Source: Planctomycetota bacterium (GTDB lineage: Bacteria > Planctomycetota > UBA11346). Taken from it: a DNA stretch of 27,732 nt. Position numbers and translations under genes: made by a program. Where the stretch lies: positions 1 to 27,732 of the forward strand of contig JBBRLJ010000056.1 in the NCBI GenBank assembly GCA_038231435.1. The letters are read 5' to 3'. Positions 17,346 to 25,816 of the stretch are shown in pieces. The notes below the pieces were generated by a model. That model ran no database searches. It saw nothing but the letters and a program-made list of their open reading frames with translations, and was not told the origin of the DNA. Position 1 is the first letter of the stretch, and each line of letters begins with the position of its first letter.

Positions 17346-17774
17346 ATGCCACTCCTCCCATCACGCGTCAAGTACCGCAAGCAGCACACCCGCGGCTTCA
17401 AGCTCAACCACACCGCGACGCGCGGCAACAAGCTGGCCTTCGGTGACTACGGCATCCAGGTGCTGACCGGCGGCGAGATCAGCGCGCGCCAGATCGAGGC
17501 CGCTCGCGTCACCGCCGGCCACTATCTCGGCCGCGTCGGCAAGATGTGGATCCGCATCTTCCCGCACATGCCCGTGACCAAGCACGCCGCCGAGAGCCGC
17601 ATGGGTTCCGGCAAGGGCGAAGTGAACTACTGGGCCGCCCATGTCGACGCCGGCACCGTGCTCTTCGAGTTCGCTGGCATCACCGAGGAAATGGCGCGCG
17701 AAGCGCTCCGCCGCCAGGCGTTCAAGCTGCCGCTGCGCACGCGCATGATCAAGCGCGACGTCAACGACGGCTGA
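17346..17774 (+). CDS. rplP: 50S ribosomal protein L16
   Basis: RQIEAAR, WIRIFP, RMGSGKG. Confidence 0.99.
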   Translation: MPLLPSRVKYRKQHTRGFKLNHTATRGNKLAFGDYGIQVLTGGEISARQIEAARVTAGHYLGRVGKMWIRIFPHMPVTKHAAESRMGSGKGEVNYWAAHVDAGTVLFEFAGITEEMAREALRRQAFKLPLRTRMIKRDVNDG

Positions 17775-17827
17775 TCGCCCTCGAACCACCACCTCTCATT
17801 CCTGACCCAGTCATTCCGAAAGCAGCC

Positions 17828-18172
17828 ATGAAGAAGTCCGAACTCACCAAGATGCGCGAGAAGACCGCCGAGGAGCTCACTGGCATGGCCAAGGAGCTGC
17901 GCGAGACCCTGCTCAAGGGCCGTTTCGCCGCCGCCCTCGAAGGCAAGGGCATGGGCATCAAGACGCGCGGCATGCGCCGCCAGATCGCCCGCATCGAATC
18001 GATGCTCAGTCAGCGCGCGCACGGGGCTCCCGCCGCCGCTCCGGCCGTTAAGGCAGACGCCAAGGCCAAGAAGGCCTCCGCTCCGCGCAAGCCGGCTGGC
18101 ACCAAGCCCGCCGCGAAGTCGGCCGCTCCGAAGAAGTCCTCCGCTGACGCCGCTGAGAAGAAGAAGGCCTGA
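17828..18172 (+). CDS. rpmC: 50S ribosomal protein L29 with Lys/Ala/Pro-rich C-terminal extension
   Basis: Position between rplP and rpsQ; EL..LRE.L..RF, RRQIARI. Confidence 0.9.
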   Translation: MKKSELTKMREKTAEELTGMAKELRETLLKGRFAAALEGKGMGIKTRGMRRQIARIESMLSQRAHGAPAAAPAVKADAKAKKASAPRKPAGTKPAAKSAAPKKSSADAAEKKKA

Positions 18173-18177
18173 TCACC

Positions 18178-18495
18178 ATGACCACCACCACTCCAGCCAA
18201 AGACCAGTCCAAGGGCCAGTCGGCCGGCGAGAAGCCGGTCGAGACGCGCGGCAACCTCAAGCAGGTGATCGGCGTCGTCGCCTCCGACAAGATGAACAAG
18301 ACCCGCGTGGTCACGGTGACCGAGCAGTACCGCCACCCGCAGTACGGCAAGTACCTCAAGCGCACACAGAAGTTCCACGTCCATGACGAGAAGAACGACA
18401 GCAAGCAGGGCGACAAAGTTCTCATCATCGAGACCCGTCCGTTGTCGAAGACCAAGCGCTGGCGCCTGATGCAGGTGCTCGAGCGCGCGATCTGA
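18178..18495 (+). CDS. rpsQ: 30S ribosomal protein S17
   Basis: [28 protein letters not shown]. Confidence 0.99.
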   Translation: MTTTTPAKDQSKGQSAGEKPVETRGNLKQVIGVVASDKMNKTRVVTVTEQYRHPQYGKYLKRTQKFHVHDEKNDSKQGDKVLIIETRPLSKTKRWRLMQVLERAI

Positions 18496-18541
18496 GCCGG
18501 TTCCGCACCATCGATACGAATACGAAGAAGAAGGCACTCAC

Positions 18542-18910
18542 ATGATCCAGATGCAGACTTGGCTCGACGTGGCCGACAACAGCGGCGCGAAGCGCGCGAT
18601 GTGCATCAAGGTGCTCGGCGGCTCGAAGCGCCGGTACGCCTCGGTGGGCGACGTCATCGTCGTCGCCATCAAGAAGGCAATCCCCACCAGCGAGGTGAAG
18701 CAGAAGGCGGTCGTGAAGGCCGTGATCGTGCGCACCGCGTTCCCTATCCGCCGCGAAGACGGCAGCTACGTGCGCTTCGACAACAACGCCGTGGTGCTGC
18801 TCGACAAGGATCTCAATCCCGTCGGCACGCGCATCTTCGGGCCCGTCGCCCGCGAGCTGCGTTCGCGCAACTTCATGAAGATCGTCTCGCTCGCTCCCGA
18901 AGTGGTCTGA
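18542..18910 (+). CDS. rplN: 50S ribosomal protein L14
   Basis: [26 protein letters not shown]. Confidence 0.99.
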   Translation: MIQMQTWLDVADNSGAKRAMCIKVLGGSKRRYASVGDVIVVAIKKAIPTSEVKQKAVVKAVIVRTAFPIRREDGSYVRFDNNAVVLLDKDLNPVGTRIFGPVARELRSRNFMKIVSLAPEVV

Positions 18911-18955
18911 GCAGAACATCCATCAGATTATCGTAGATAGAGAAACGAGACAGAC

Positions 18956-19348
18956 ATGCCCAGCAAAGTGAAACTCCCGAAGCCGGACAAGAAGCCGAAG
19001 TGCCATGTGCGCAGCGGCGACAAGGTGATCCTGCTCAGCGGCTCGAACCGCGGCAAGACCGGCACCATCATCAAGGTCTTCCCGGCGACCCAGCGCGCGC
19101 TGGTCGACGGCGAGGCCGCGCACTACGAGACCCGCCATGTGAAGGCGAATCCGCAGGCGAACGTCGAAGGCGGACGCATCAAGCGCCTGCGCCCGGTCCA
19201 TGTCAGCAAGCTGGCCCTCGTCGATCCGACCACCAACAAGGCCGTCCGCGTCAAGCACGAGCGCACCGACAAGGGCATGGTCCGCGTCGCCAAGGGCAGC
19301 GGCCACCGCTTCGTCGAGGCCGCCTCCAACGCTCCGGCCAAGGCCTGA
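18956..19348 (+). CDS. rplX: 50S ribosomal protein L24
   Basis: KOW motif GDKVILLSGSNRGKTG, PVHVSK; position after rplN. Confidence 0.95.
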   Translation: MPSKVKLPKPDKKPKCHVRSGDKVILLSGSNRGKTGTIIKVFPATQRALVDGEAAHYETRHVKANPQANVEGGRIKRLRPVHVSKLALVDPTTNKAVRVKHERTDKGMVRVAKGSGHRFVEAASNAPAKA

Positions 19349-19403
19349 GTCGCTCAGACGCTCGAAGATAGATAGAAGTTAGAAGAAGAAGAACGGAACA
19401 CCC

Positions 19404-20009
19404 ATGGTTACCACCACCCTGCAGAAGACCACCCGGGAGCTCTACAAGGAGCGTCTGCCCGAGATCCTGAAGAAGCACGGCATCGCGAACAAGCTCGCCG
19501 GCCCGAAGATCGACAAGGTCGCCTTGTCGATGGGCGTCGGCCGCGCGATCGCGGATGGCCAGATCCTGAACGTGGTGACCGATCACCTCAGTCTCATCGC
19601 CGGCCAGAAGGCCGTGGTGACGAAGGCGAAGAAGGCGGTCGCGAACTTCCGCAGCCGCATCGGCGTGAAGATCGGCTGCCACGTCACCCTGCGCGGTGAG
19701 CGCATGTGGTCGTTCCTGGACAAGCTGATCAACCTCGCCGTCCCCCGCATCAAGGACTTCCGCGGCTTGAACGCGAAGTCCTTCGATGGCCGCGGCAACT
19801 ACAACATGGGTTTGCGTGAGCAGGCGCTCTTCCATGAAGTCGTGCTCGAGAAGCTCGAGCACAACCAGGGTCTCAACATCACCATCTGCATCAAGAATTC
19901 CAACGACTCGATCTCGTTCGATCTGCTGAAGGCGCTGAACATGCCCTTCCGCGCCGCGCCCGTGGACGGCAAGCCCGAAGCCGCGCCCGTCAAAGCGTCC
20001 ATCAAGTAA
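19404..20009 (+). CDS. rplE: 50S ribosomal protein L5
   Basis: IAGQKAV, VTLRGERM, PRIKDFRG, FDGRGNY. Confidence 0.99.
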   Translation: MVTTTLQKTTRELYKERLPEILKKHGIANKLAGPKIDKVALSMGVGRAIADGQILNVVTDHLSLIAGQKAVVTKAKKAVANFRSRIGVKIGCHVTLRGERMWSFLDKLINLAVPRIKDFRGLNAKSFDGRGNYNMGLREQALFHEVVLEKLEHNQGLNITICIKNSNDSISFDLLKALNMPFRAAPVDGKPEAAPVKASIK

Positions 20010-20042
20010 GCCCCAGCAACCCAGGCACCACGGACCACACCC

Positions 20043-20348
20043 ATGGCAAAGACCAGCCTCGTCCACAAGAATCTCCAGCGCCAGAAGATGGTGGAGAAGT
20101 TCAAGGATCAGCGCGCAGTGCTGCGCGTCCGCTCCAAGGACCTCAAGCTCTCCCTCGAGGAGCGCATGGAGGCGCGCGCGGCGCTCTCGCTGCTGCCCGT
20201 CAACAGCTCGCCCACGCGCGTGCGCAATCGCTGCCAGATGACTGGCCGCAGCCGCGCCTACCTGCGCAAGTTCGGCGTCTGCCGCAACGCGCTGCGCTTG
20301 CTCGCCCATCAGGGCGCGCTGCCCGGCGTCACGAAAGCCAGCTGGTAA
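20043..20348 (+). CDS. rpsN: 30S ribosomal protein S14, long (101 aa) zinc-independent type
   Basis: [28 protein letters not shown]. Confidence 0.98.
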   Translation: MAKTSLVHKNLQRQKMVEKFKDQRAVLRVRSKDLKLSLEERMEARAALSLLPVNSSPTRVRNRCQMTGRSRAYLRKFGVCRNALRLLAHQGALPGVTKASW

Positions 20349-20374
20349 GACGAGGGCGCCAGCCCTCGGCGATC

Positions 20375-20404
20375 ACGAACGAGAACGAACGAGAACGAAG
20401 AAGA
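20375..20404 (+). repeat. 10-bp tandem repeat ACGAACGAGA x2 plus a degenerate third copy in the rpsH leader
   Basis: acgaacgaga acgaacgaga acgaagaaga. Confidence 0.8.
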
Positions 20405-20415
20405 AGCGAAACCCT

Positions 20416-20814
20416 ATGTCCTGCACCGACCCCATCGCCGACATGCTGACCGTGATCCGTAACGGCCTCGCCGCCAACAAGGGCACCGTCACGATCAAGC
20501 ACTCGAACATCAAGCTCGGCATCTGCCAAGTCTTGAAGGACGAGGGTTACATCAGCCGCATCGACGTCATGGACACCAAGCCCGCCAAGACCATCCAGGT
20601 CGGGCTGAAGTACGGTCCGGGCGGGGAAGCGGTCATCCACAACGTCGTCCGCGTCAGCACCCCCGGCCATCGCCAGTACAAAGGCGGTGCCGAACTGAAG
20701 CCCATCCTCCGCGGCATGGGCATCTCGATCATCTCGACGTCGAAGGGCATCCTCTCCGATCGCGTCTGCCGCAAGCAGAAGCTCGGCGGCGAAGTCCTCT
20801 GCATCGTCAAGTGA
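20416..20814 (+). CDS. rpsH: 30S ribosomal protein S8
   Basis: DPIADMLT.IRN, LKDEGYI, STSKG, GGEVLC. Confidence 0.99.
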   Translation: MSCTDPIADMLTVIRNGLAANKGTVTIKHSNIKLGICQVLKDEGYISRIDVMDTKPAKTIQVGLKYGPGGEAVIHNVVRVSTPGHRQYKGGAELKPILRGMGISIISTSKGILSDRVCRKQKLGGEVLCIVK

Positions 20815-20862
20815 TCGCCCGCGCGAACCATCGAACCCGCACCCTGACCTCCGGAATAAGCC

Positions 20863-21423
20863 ATGAGTAGAATCGGCAAGCTGCCTCTCGAACTGCCCCA
20901 GGGCGTCCAGGCCTCCGTCACCGGCCAATCGCTGGCGGTCAAGGGACCCAAGGGAACGCTGACGTTGCCCCTGGTGGACGGCATCAAGGCGACCGTCACC
21001 GGCAACAAGGTGGTGTTCGAGCGTTCCGGCGACACCAAGCCGCTGCGCGCCATGCACGGCACCACCCGCGCCCTCGCGCGCAATGCCGTCGAGGGTGTCA
21101 CCAAGGGTTACAGCAAGAGTCTCGAGATCATCGGCGTCGGCTATCGCGCGACCCTGCAGGGCAAGAAGCTGGCGCTCAATGTCGGCTTCGCCAACACCAT
21201 CGAAGTCGCCATCCCGGACAACGTCACGGTCGCGGTCCCCGACGCGACGCACATCAATGTCACCGGACTCGACAAGAACGCCGTCGGCCAGTTGGCCGCG
21301 AACATCCGCGCCGTGCGCAAGCCCGAGCCTTACAAGGGCAAGGGCATCCGCTACATCGGCGAGTTCGTGCGCAAGAAGGCCGGCAAGTCGGCGACCGCGG
21401 GCGCCGCGGCTCCGAAGAAGTAA
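20863..21423 (+). CDS. rplF: 50S ribosomal protein L6
   Basis: MSRIGK, VKGPKG, RKPEPYKGKGIRY. Confidence 0.99.
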   Translation: MSRIGKLPLELPQGVQASVTGQSLAVKGPKGTLTLPLVDGIKATVTGNKVVFERSGDTKPLRAMHGTTRALARNAVEGVTKGYSKSLEIIGVGYRATLQGKKLALNVGFANTIEVAIPDNVTVAVPDATHINVTGLDKNAVGQLAANIRAVRKPEPYKGKGIRYIGEFVRKKAGKSATAGAAAPKK

Positions 21424-21477
21424 TCAGAACGCCGTCGGTACGAATTCAGCACCTAGATTGAGCAAGGGACATCGGTC

Positions 21478-21846
21478 ATGGACAACATCAAAGCCAAGTG
21501 GCAGGCGATCGCGACGAAGAAGCAGCGCATCCGCAAGCGCGTGCATGGCGATACCGATCGTCCCCGCCTGTCGGTATACCGCAGCGAGCAGCACTTCTAC
21601 GGCCAGATCATCGACGACATCCAGGGCAAGACCCTGTTCGCCGCGAGCACGATCGCCAAGGACCTCAAGGCCAAGCTCAAGGACCTCAAGCCGCAGGACG
21701 CGGCCAAGGTGGTCGGCGAGTCGTTGGCCGAGAAGGCCGTGGCCGCGGGCGTGACCAAGGTGGTCTTCGACCGCAATGGCCGCCGCTATGGCGGACGCCT
21801 CCAGGCCTTCGCCGAGGGCGCTCGCGGCAAGGGATTGCAATTCTAG
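21478..21846 (+). CDS. rplR: 50S ribosomal protein L18
   Basis: RPRLSVYRS, QIIDD, VVFDRNG. Confidence 0.98.
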   Translation: MDNIKAKWQAIATKKQRIRKRVHGDTDRPRLSVYRSEQHFYGQIIDDIQGKTLFAASTIAKDLKAKLKDLKPQDAAKVVGESLAEKAVAAGVTKVVFDRNGRRYGGRLQAFAEGARGKGLQF

Positions 21847-21941
21847 GCTTTACGACTACCCTTTTCCCCCCTTCGTCCGCACGGACTGGGGCGGCAATCG
21901 GCATTCAGACCCAACTGTTGTAATCACAAGGATATAGGCTC

Positions 21942-22544
21942 ATGCAGAAGCGCGGTGGAACGAGCGGTGGAGCCCCTGGCCAAGGTGCCCCTGGTGGACC
22001 AGGCGGCGGCCAGGGCGGTCAAGGCGACCGTCGCGGCGGCGATCGTCGGGGCGGAGCTCCGCAGCAGCGCGAATCGCGCAGCAAGCTCTACAGCGAGGAT
22101 GTCGTCAAGATCAACCGCTGCGCCAAGGTGGTGAAGGGCGGCAAGCGTTTCAGCTTTGCGGCTTTCGTCGTCCTCGGCGACGGCAAGGGCAAGGTCGGCT
22201 TCGGCAAGGGCAAGGCGAAGGAAGTCGCCAGCTCGATCGATAAGGCCGTCCGCGACGGCGAGAAGACCGTCAAGCCGTATCCGATCGTTGGCGGCACTAT
22301 TCCGCACGAGGTCGAGGGTCGTTTCGGCAGCGCCAAGGTGCGCCTGCTGCCCGCGTCGCCCGGAACCGGCGTCATCGCGGGACGCAGCGTCCGCGCGGTG
22401 CTCGAGAAGGCCGGCGTGCACGACATCCTGACCAAGTGCTACGGGAATCACAATCCCGTGAATCTCATCCGCGCGACTCTGGACGCCCTGTCCAAGCTGC
22501 GCACCAAGGACCAGTACCAGCAGTTGCGGGGAGTCCAGCTGTGA
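21942..22544 (+). CDS. rpsE: 30S ribosomal protein S5 with Gly/Arg-rich N-terminal extension
   Basis: INRCAKVVKGGKRFSF, PASPGTGVIAG. Confidence 0.99.
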   Translation: MQKRGGTSGGAPGQGAPGGPGGGQGGQGDRRGGDRRGGAPQQRESRSKLYSEDVVKINRCAKVVKGGKRFSFAAFVVLGDGKGKVGFGKGKAKEVASSIDKAVRDGEKTVKPYPIVGGTIPHEVEGRFGSAKVRLLPASPGTGVIAGRSVRAVLEKAGVHDILTKCYGNHNPVNLIRATLDALSKLRTKDQYQQLRGVQL

Positions 22545-23053
22545 GCCGCCTGAACGACATCCTCAGCACCGATACCGGGCGCCAGAGCCGCCGTCGCGTC
22601 GGACGCGGCCTCGGCAGCGGCCTCGGCAAGACCGGCGGCCGTGGCTCCAAGGGCGAAGGTTCACGCACCGGCGGCAAGAACCGTGGTCCGTTGTTCGAAG
22701 GCGGCCAGTTCCCGTTCTGGATGCGCCTGCCCAAACGCGGCTTCTCGAACCATGAGCACAAGATCCGCTACCAGACCGTCGATATCGCCAAGGCGATCGC
22801 ACGCGTGAAGGGCAAGGAGCTCACCATCGAGGCCTTGGTCGAAGCCGGTCTCATCGGCGAGGGCACCCGCGTCAAGCTCGTCGGTGGTCCCAAGGGCGCA
22901 GGCAAGCTCGACAAGGCCGTCAATGTCGTCGTCAATCGCGTTTCCGGTCCGGTCAAGGCCGCGATCGAATCCGCGGGCGGCAAGGTGACCGAGACCGATC
23001 TCGCCGTCGAGAACGCCAGCGAGCCGGCCAAGGCGCCGAAGAAGAAGAAGTAA
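22541..23053 (+). CDS. rplO: 50S ribosomal protein L15
   Basis: RVGRGLGSGLGKTGGRG, FEGGQ.P..RLPKRGF. GTG start overlaps the rpsE stop (GTGA). Confidence 0.97.
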   Translation: MSRLNDILSTDTGRQSRRRVGRGLGSGLGKTGGRGSKGEGSRTGGKNRGPLFEGGQFPFWMRLPKRGFSNHEHKIRYQTVDIAKAIARVKGKELTIEALVEAGLIGEGTRVKLVGGPKGAGKLDKAVNVVVNRVSGPVKAAIESAGGKVTETDLAVENASEPAKAPKKKK

Positions 23054-23063
23054 CCGCACCAGG

Positions 23064-24413
23064 ATGGCCGACAAAGATCTCACCGAAAGCCCGGTCAAGG
23101 AACTCGCTCGGAGGTTCCTCATCACCTTCCTGTTGGGAGTGGTGGTCTATCGGCTCGGCACGTTCGTGCCCATCCCCGGAATCGACGCCAACGAGCTCGC
23201 CAAGCTGGTCGAGGACAAGGGCGGCGACAACAACGGCCTCGGCTCGCTGCTGCGCTACGCCAACATGTTCAACGGCGGCGCCATCGCCAACGCCTCGATC
23301 TTCGGACTCGGCATCACGCCTTACATTAGCGCGAGCATCATCCTCCAGCTGCTCGCGTTCAGCATCCCCTCGCTCAAGCAGCTGCAGAAGGAAGGGGAGT
23401 CCGGCCGGCGCAAGATCAACCAGTACACGCGCTACGCCACGTTCCTCATCTGCATCGTCCAGGCCGCGATCGCCGCGGTGGCGGCCCTGCGCTTCAGCGA
23501 CGGCAACCACGTCATCGTCTCCGACACCGGACATCCGACGTTCTTCATCGTCCAGAGCATCGTCGTCATCACCACCGGCAGCATGCTGCTGCTGTGGCTG
23601 GCCGAGCAGATCACCCGCCATGGCATCGGCAACGGCGTCTCGGTCATCATCATGATCGGCATCCTCGCGTACCTGCCCAGCGCGTTCGAGGGGTTCAATG
23701 GCGATCTGCCGAAGTACCTCGGCGTGTTCCTCGCGGCGATGGTGATCATCGCATCCATCGTGGTGGTCGTGCAGGCGGTGCGCCGCATCAACCTCGAGCA
23801 GCAGCGCCGCGTTCAGGGCAACAAGGTTTACGGCGGCGCCCAGACGACCCTCCCGCTGAAGCTCAACCAGGCCAACGTGATCCCGGTCATCTTCGCCTCG
23901 CCGGTGATGATGGTGCTGGGCGTGCTCGCCAGCAAGTTCGGTAGCTCGTTCGGCCTCGACCAGCTCTTCGCCTACGGGGAGCCCGGCCACCGCTATCTGT
24001 TCGCCGGCCTGATCATCGCCTTCACCTATTTCTACATCTCGGTCACCTTCGATCTCTTCGACCTCTCGAACCACTTCAAGCAGGCCGGCTTCTTCGTGCG
24101 CGGCATCCGCCCGGGCAAGAACACCGTCGACCATCTCGCCGCCATCCTCAAGCGCATCACCTTCGTCGGCGCGGTGTTCCTCGCCCTGATTGCGATCCTG
24201 CCCGAGTTGATCGGCAAGTCGACGTTCGGTCTCAGCGGCAAGGGCGCCACCGTGCTGCTCGGCGGCACCGGCTTGATGATCGTGGTCGGCGTCTCGCTCG
24301 ACGTCATGCAGAAGGTCGCGGCATTCTTCTTGGCTCACCAGTATCGCGGCCTCGGTGGCGGCGATGGCGGCGCGGCGCTCGCGGCTCCGCGCAAATCAGG
24401 GAAGCGGTTCTGA
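23064..24413 (+). CDS. secY: Preprotein translocase subunit SecY
   Basis: LGITPYISASII, GIGNGVS, GIRPG; about 10 TM helices. Confidence 0.99.
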   Translation: MADKDLTESPVKELARRFLITFLLGVVVYRLGTFVPIPGIDANELAKLVEDKGGDNNGLGSLLRYANMFNGGAIANASIFGLGITPYISASIILQLLAFSIPSLKQLQKEGESGRRKINQYTRYATFLICIVQAAIAAVAALRFSDGNHVIVSDTGHPTFFIVQSIVVITTGSMLLLWLAEQITRHGIGNGVSVIIMIGILAYLPSAFEGFNGDLPKYLGVFLAAMVIIASIVVVVQAVRRINLEQQRRVQGNKVYGGAQTTLPLKLNQANVIPVIFASPVMMVLGVLASKFGSSFGLDQLFAYGEPGHRYLFAGLIIAFTYFYISVTFDLFDLSNHFKQAGFFVRGIRPGKNTVDHLAAILKRITFVGAVFLALIAILPELIGKSTFGLSGKGATVLLGGTGLMIVVGVSLDVMQKVAAFFLAHQYRGLGGGDGGAALAAPRKSGKRF

Positions 24414-24416
24414 TCC

Positions 24417-24635
24417 ATGGCCAAGGAAGAGAACATCCGACTGGAAGCCAAGGTGAAGGAGAGCCTTCCCAACGCCCGCTTCAAGGTGCTCCTGCCGAAC
24501 GGGCACGAGGTGCTCGCCCACATCTCGGGCAAGATCCGCATGCACTACATCCGCATCCTGCCCGGCGACACCGTGACCATCGAGATGTCGCCCTACGACC
24601 TGACCCGCGGCCGCATCGTCTACCGCGAAGCCTGA
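24417..24635 (+). CDS. infA: Translation initiation factor IF-1
   Basis: [25 protein letters not shown]. Confidence 0.99.
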   Translation: MAKEENIRLEAKVKESLPNARFKVLLPNGHEVLAHISGKIRMHYIRILPGDTVTIEMSPYDLTRGRIVYREA

Positions 24636-24678
24636 CTCTCCGATCCACCTTCACAGCCGATACGCACAGGTACTCATC

Positions 24679-24792
24679 ATGAAAGTCGCCGCCTCAGTCC
24701 GCCGCCGTTGCGAGAATTGCAAGATCGTCCGTCGCAAGGGCCGTGTCCGCATCATCTGCTCGGACCCCAACCACAAGCAGCGCCAGGGCTGA
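24679..24792 (+). CDS. rpmJ: 50S ribosomal protein L36, zinc-binding type (missed by the ORF track)
   Basis: Manual translation [37 protein letters not shown]. Confidence 0.98.
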   Translation: MKVAASVRRRCENCKIVRRKGRVRIICSDPNHKQRQG

Positions 24793-24833
24793 GCCCGGCA
24801 CCACCTTTCGTACCCCTGAACAGGTAAACGACC

Positions 24834-25211
24834 ATGCCCCGTATCCTCGGCGTCGACATCCCGAACAACAAGAAGGTCCCGTACTCGCTCGCCGCGCTGT
24901 ACGGCATCGGCTTGCACCGCGCCAACGAGATCTGCGAGAAGAACGGTATCGACGTGCACAAGCGCGCGTATCAGTTGACCGAGGAGGAACTCGGCAAGAT
25001 CACTGGCTACATCGAGAACAATTTCGTGGTCGAGGGCAACCTCCGCCGCGAGATCCAGGCGAACGTCTCGCGTTTCAAGGAGATCGGCTGCTACCGCGGC
25101 TATCGCCACGCGCGCAGCCTGCCTTGCCGCGGCCAGCGCACGCGCACCAATTCACGCACCCGCAAGGGCAAGAAGAAGACCGTCGCGAACAAGAAGATCC
25201 TCCGCAAATAA
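24834..25211 (+). CDS. rpsM: 30S ribosomal protein S13
   Basis: RILGVDIP, YGIG, YRGYRH, RGQRTRTN. Confidence 0.99.
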   Translation: MPRILGVDIPNNKKVPYSLAALYGIGLHRANEICEKNGIDVHKRAYQLTEEELGKITGYIENNFVVEGNLRREIQANVSRFKEIGCYRGYRHARSLPCRGQRTRTNSRTRKGKKKTVANKKILRK

Positions 25212-25216
25212 CTTTC

Positions 25217-25284
25217 TGTCGGGGGGCTACGGCCCCCCGACAACGGCCTCCGGCCTGCCCCCCAGGAAACAGGGAGCAGGGGTT
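25217..25284 (+). repeat. Intergenic hairpin element, copy A (rpsM-rpsK)
   Basis: TGTCGGGGGGC-TACG-GCCCCCCGACA perfect 11-bp stem, followed by CGGCCTCCGGCCTGCCCCC..GGGAGCAGGGG shared with copy B. Confidence 0.9.
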
Positions 25285-25331
25285 GGAGGCGGGGCAAGAC
25301 TCAGACAACAGACTGACAACGAGAACGACAC

Positions 25332-25709
25332 ATGGCCTACACGAAGAAGAAGATCAAGAAGACCGTCCGCTCGGGGATCGTCCACATCAACGCCACCTTC
25401 AACAACACCATCATCGCGGTCACCGACGCGAATGGCGAAGTGGCTTGCTGGGAATCCGCCGGTTCGATCGGCTACAAGGGCAGCCGCAAGAGCACCCCGT
25501 TCGCCGCTCAGCTGGCGATGGAGCGCGCTGGCGACAAAGCCATGAAGCTCGGCCTCAAGGAGGCGGAAGTCCGCGTCCGCGGGCCCGGGGCCGGTCGCGA
25601 GAGCGCCATCCGCGCGCTCGTGAACAGCGGTATCGTCGTCAAGGCTATCGTCGACGTCACCCCTCTGCCCCACAACGGTTGCCGCCCGCGCAAGAAGCGC
25701 CGCGTCTAG
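25332..25709 (+). CDS. rpsK: 30S ribosomal protein S11
   Basis: [22 protein letters not shown]. Confidence 0.99.
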   Translation: MAYTKKKIKKTVRSGIVHINATFNNTIIAVTDANGEVACWESAGSIGYKGSRKSTPFAAQLAMERAGDKAMKLGLKEAEVRVRGPGAGRESAIRALVNSGIVVKAIVDVTPLPHNGCRPRKKRRV

Positions 25710-25712
25710 CTT

Positions 25713-25780
25713 TCGGTTGGGGGCTACGGCCCCCCAACATCGGCCTCCGGCCTGCCCCCAGACAGCGGGAGCAGGGGCTT
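25713..25780 (+). repeat. Intergenic hairpin element, copy B (rpsK-rpoA)
   Basis: GTTGGGGGC-TACG-GCCCCCCAAC plus the same downstream block as copy A. Confidence 0.9.
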
Positions 25781-25816
25781 CAAAACCTTCAGAACGAACA
25801 TCCTTGGAGTAATCTC

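Noticed and set aside
22953..24338. 461-aa antisense ORF to secY, and similar antisense ORFs across the ribosomal cluster
   Set aside because: Expected mirror frames in GC-rich coding DNA.
24743..25816. 358-aa N-terminal extension of RpoA in the ORF track
   Set aside because: It crosses rpmJ, rpsM and rpsK out of frame; the true start is 25817 with a GGAG SD.
25710..25816. rpsD pseudogene remnant
   Set aside because: No S4-like peptide recognisable; the spacer is mostly the repeat element.
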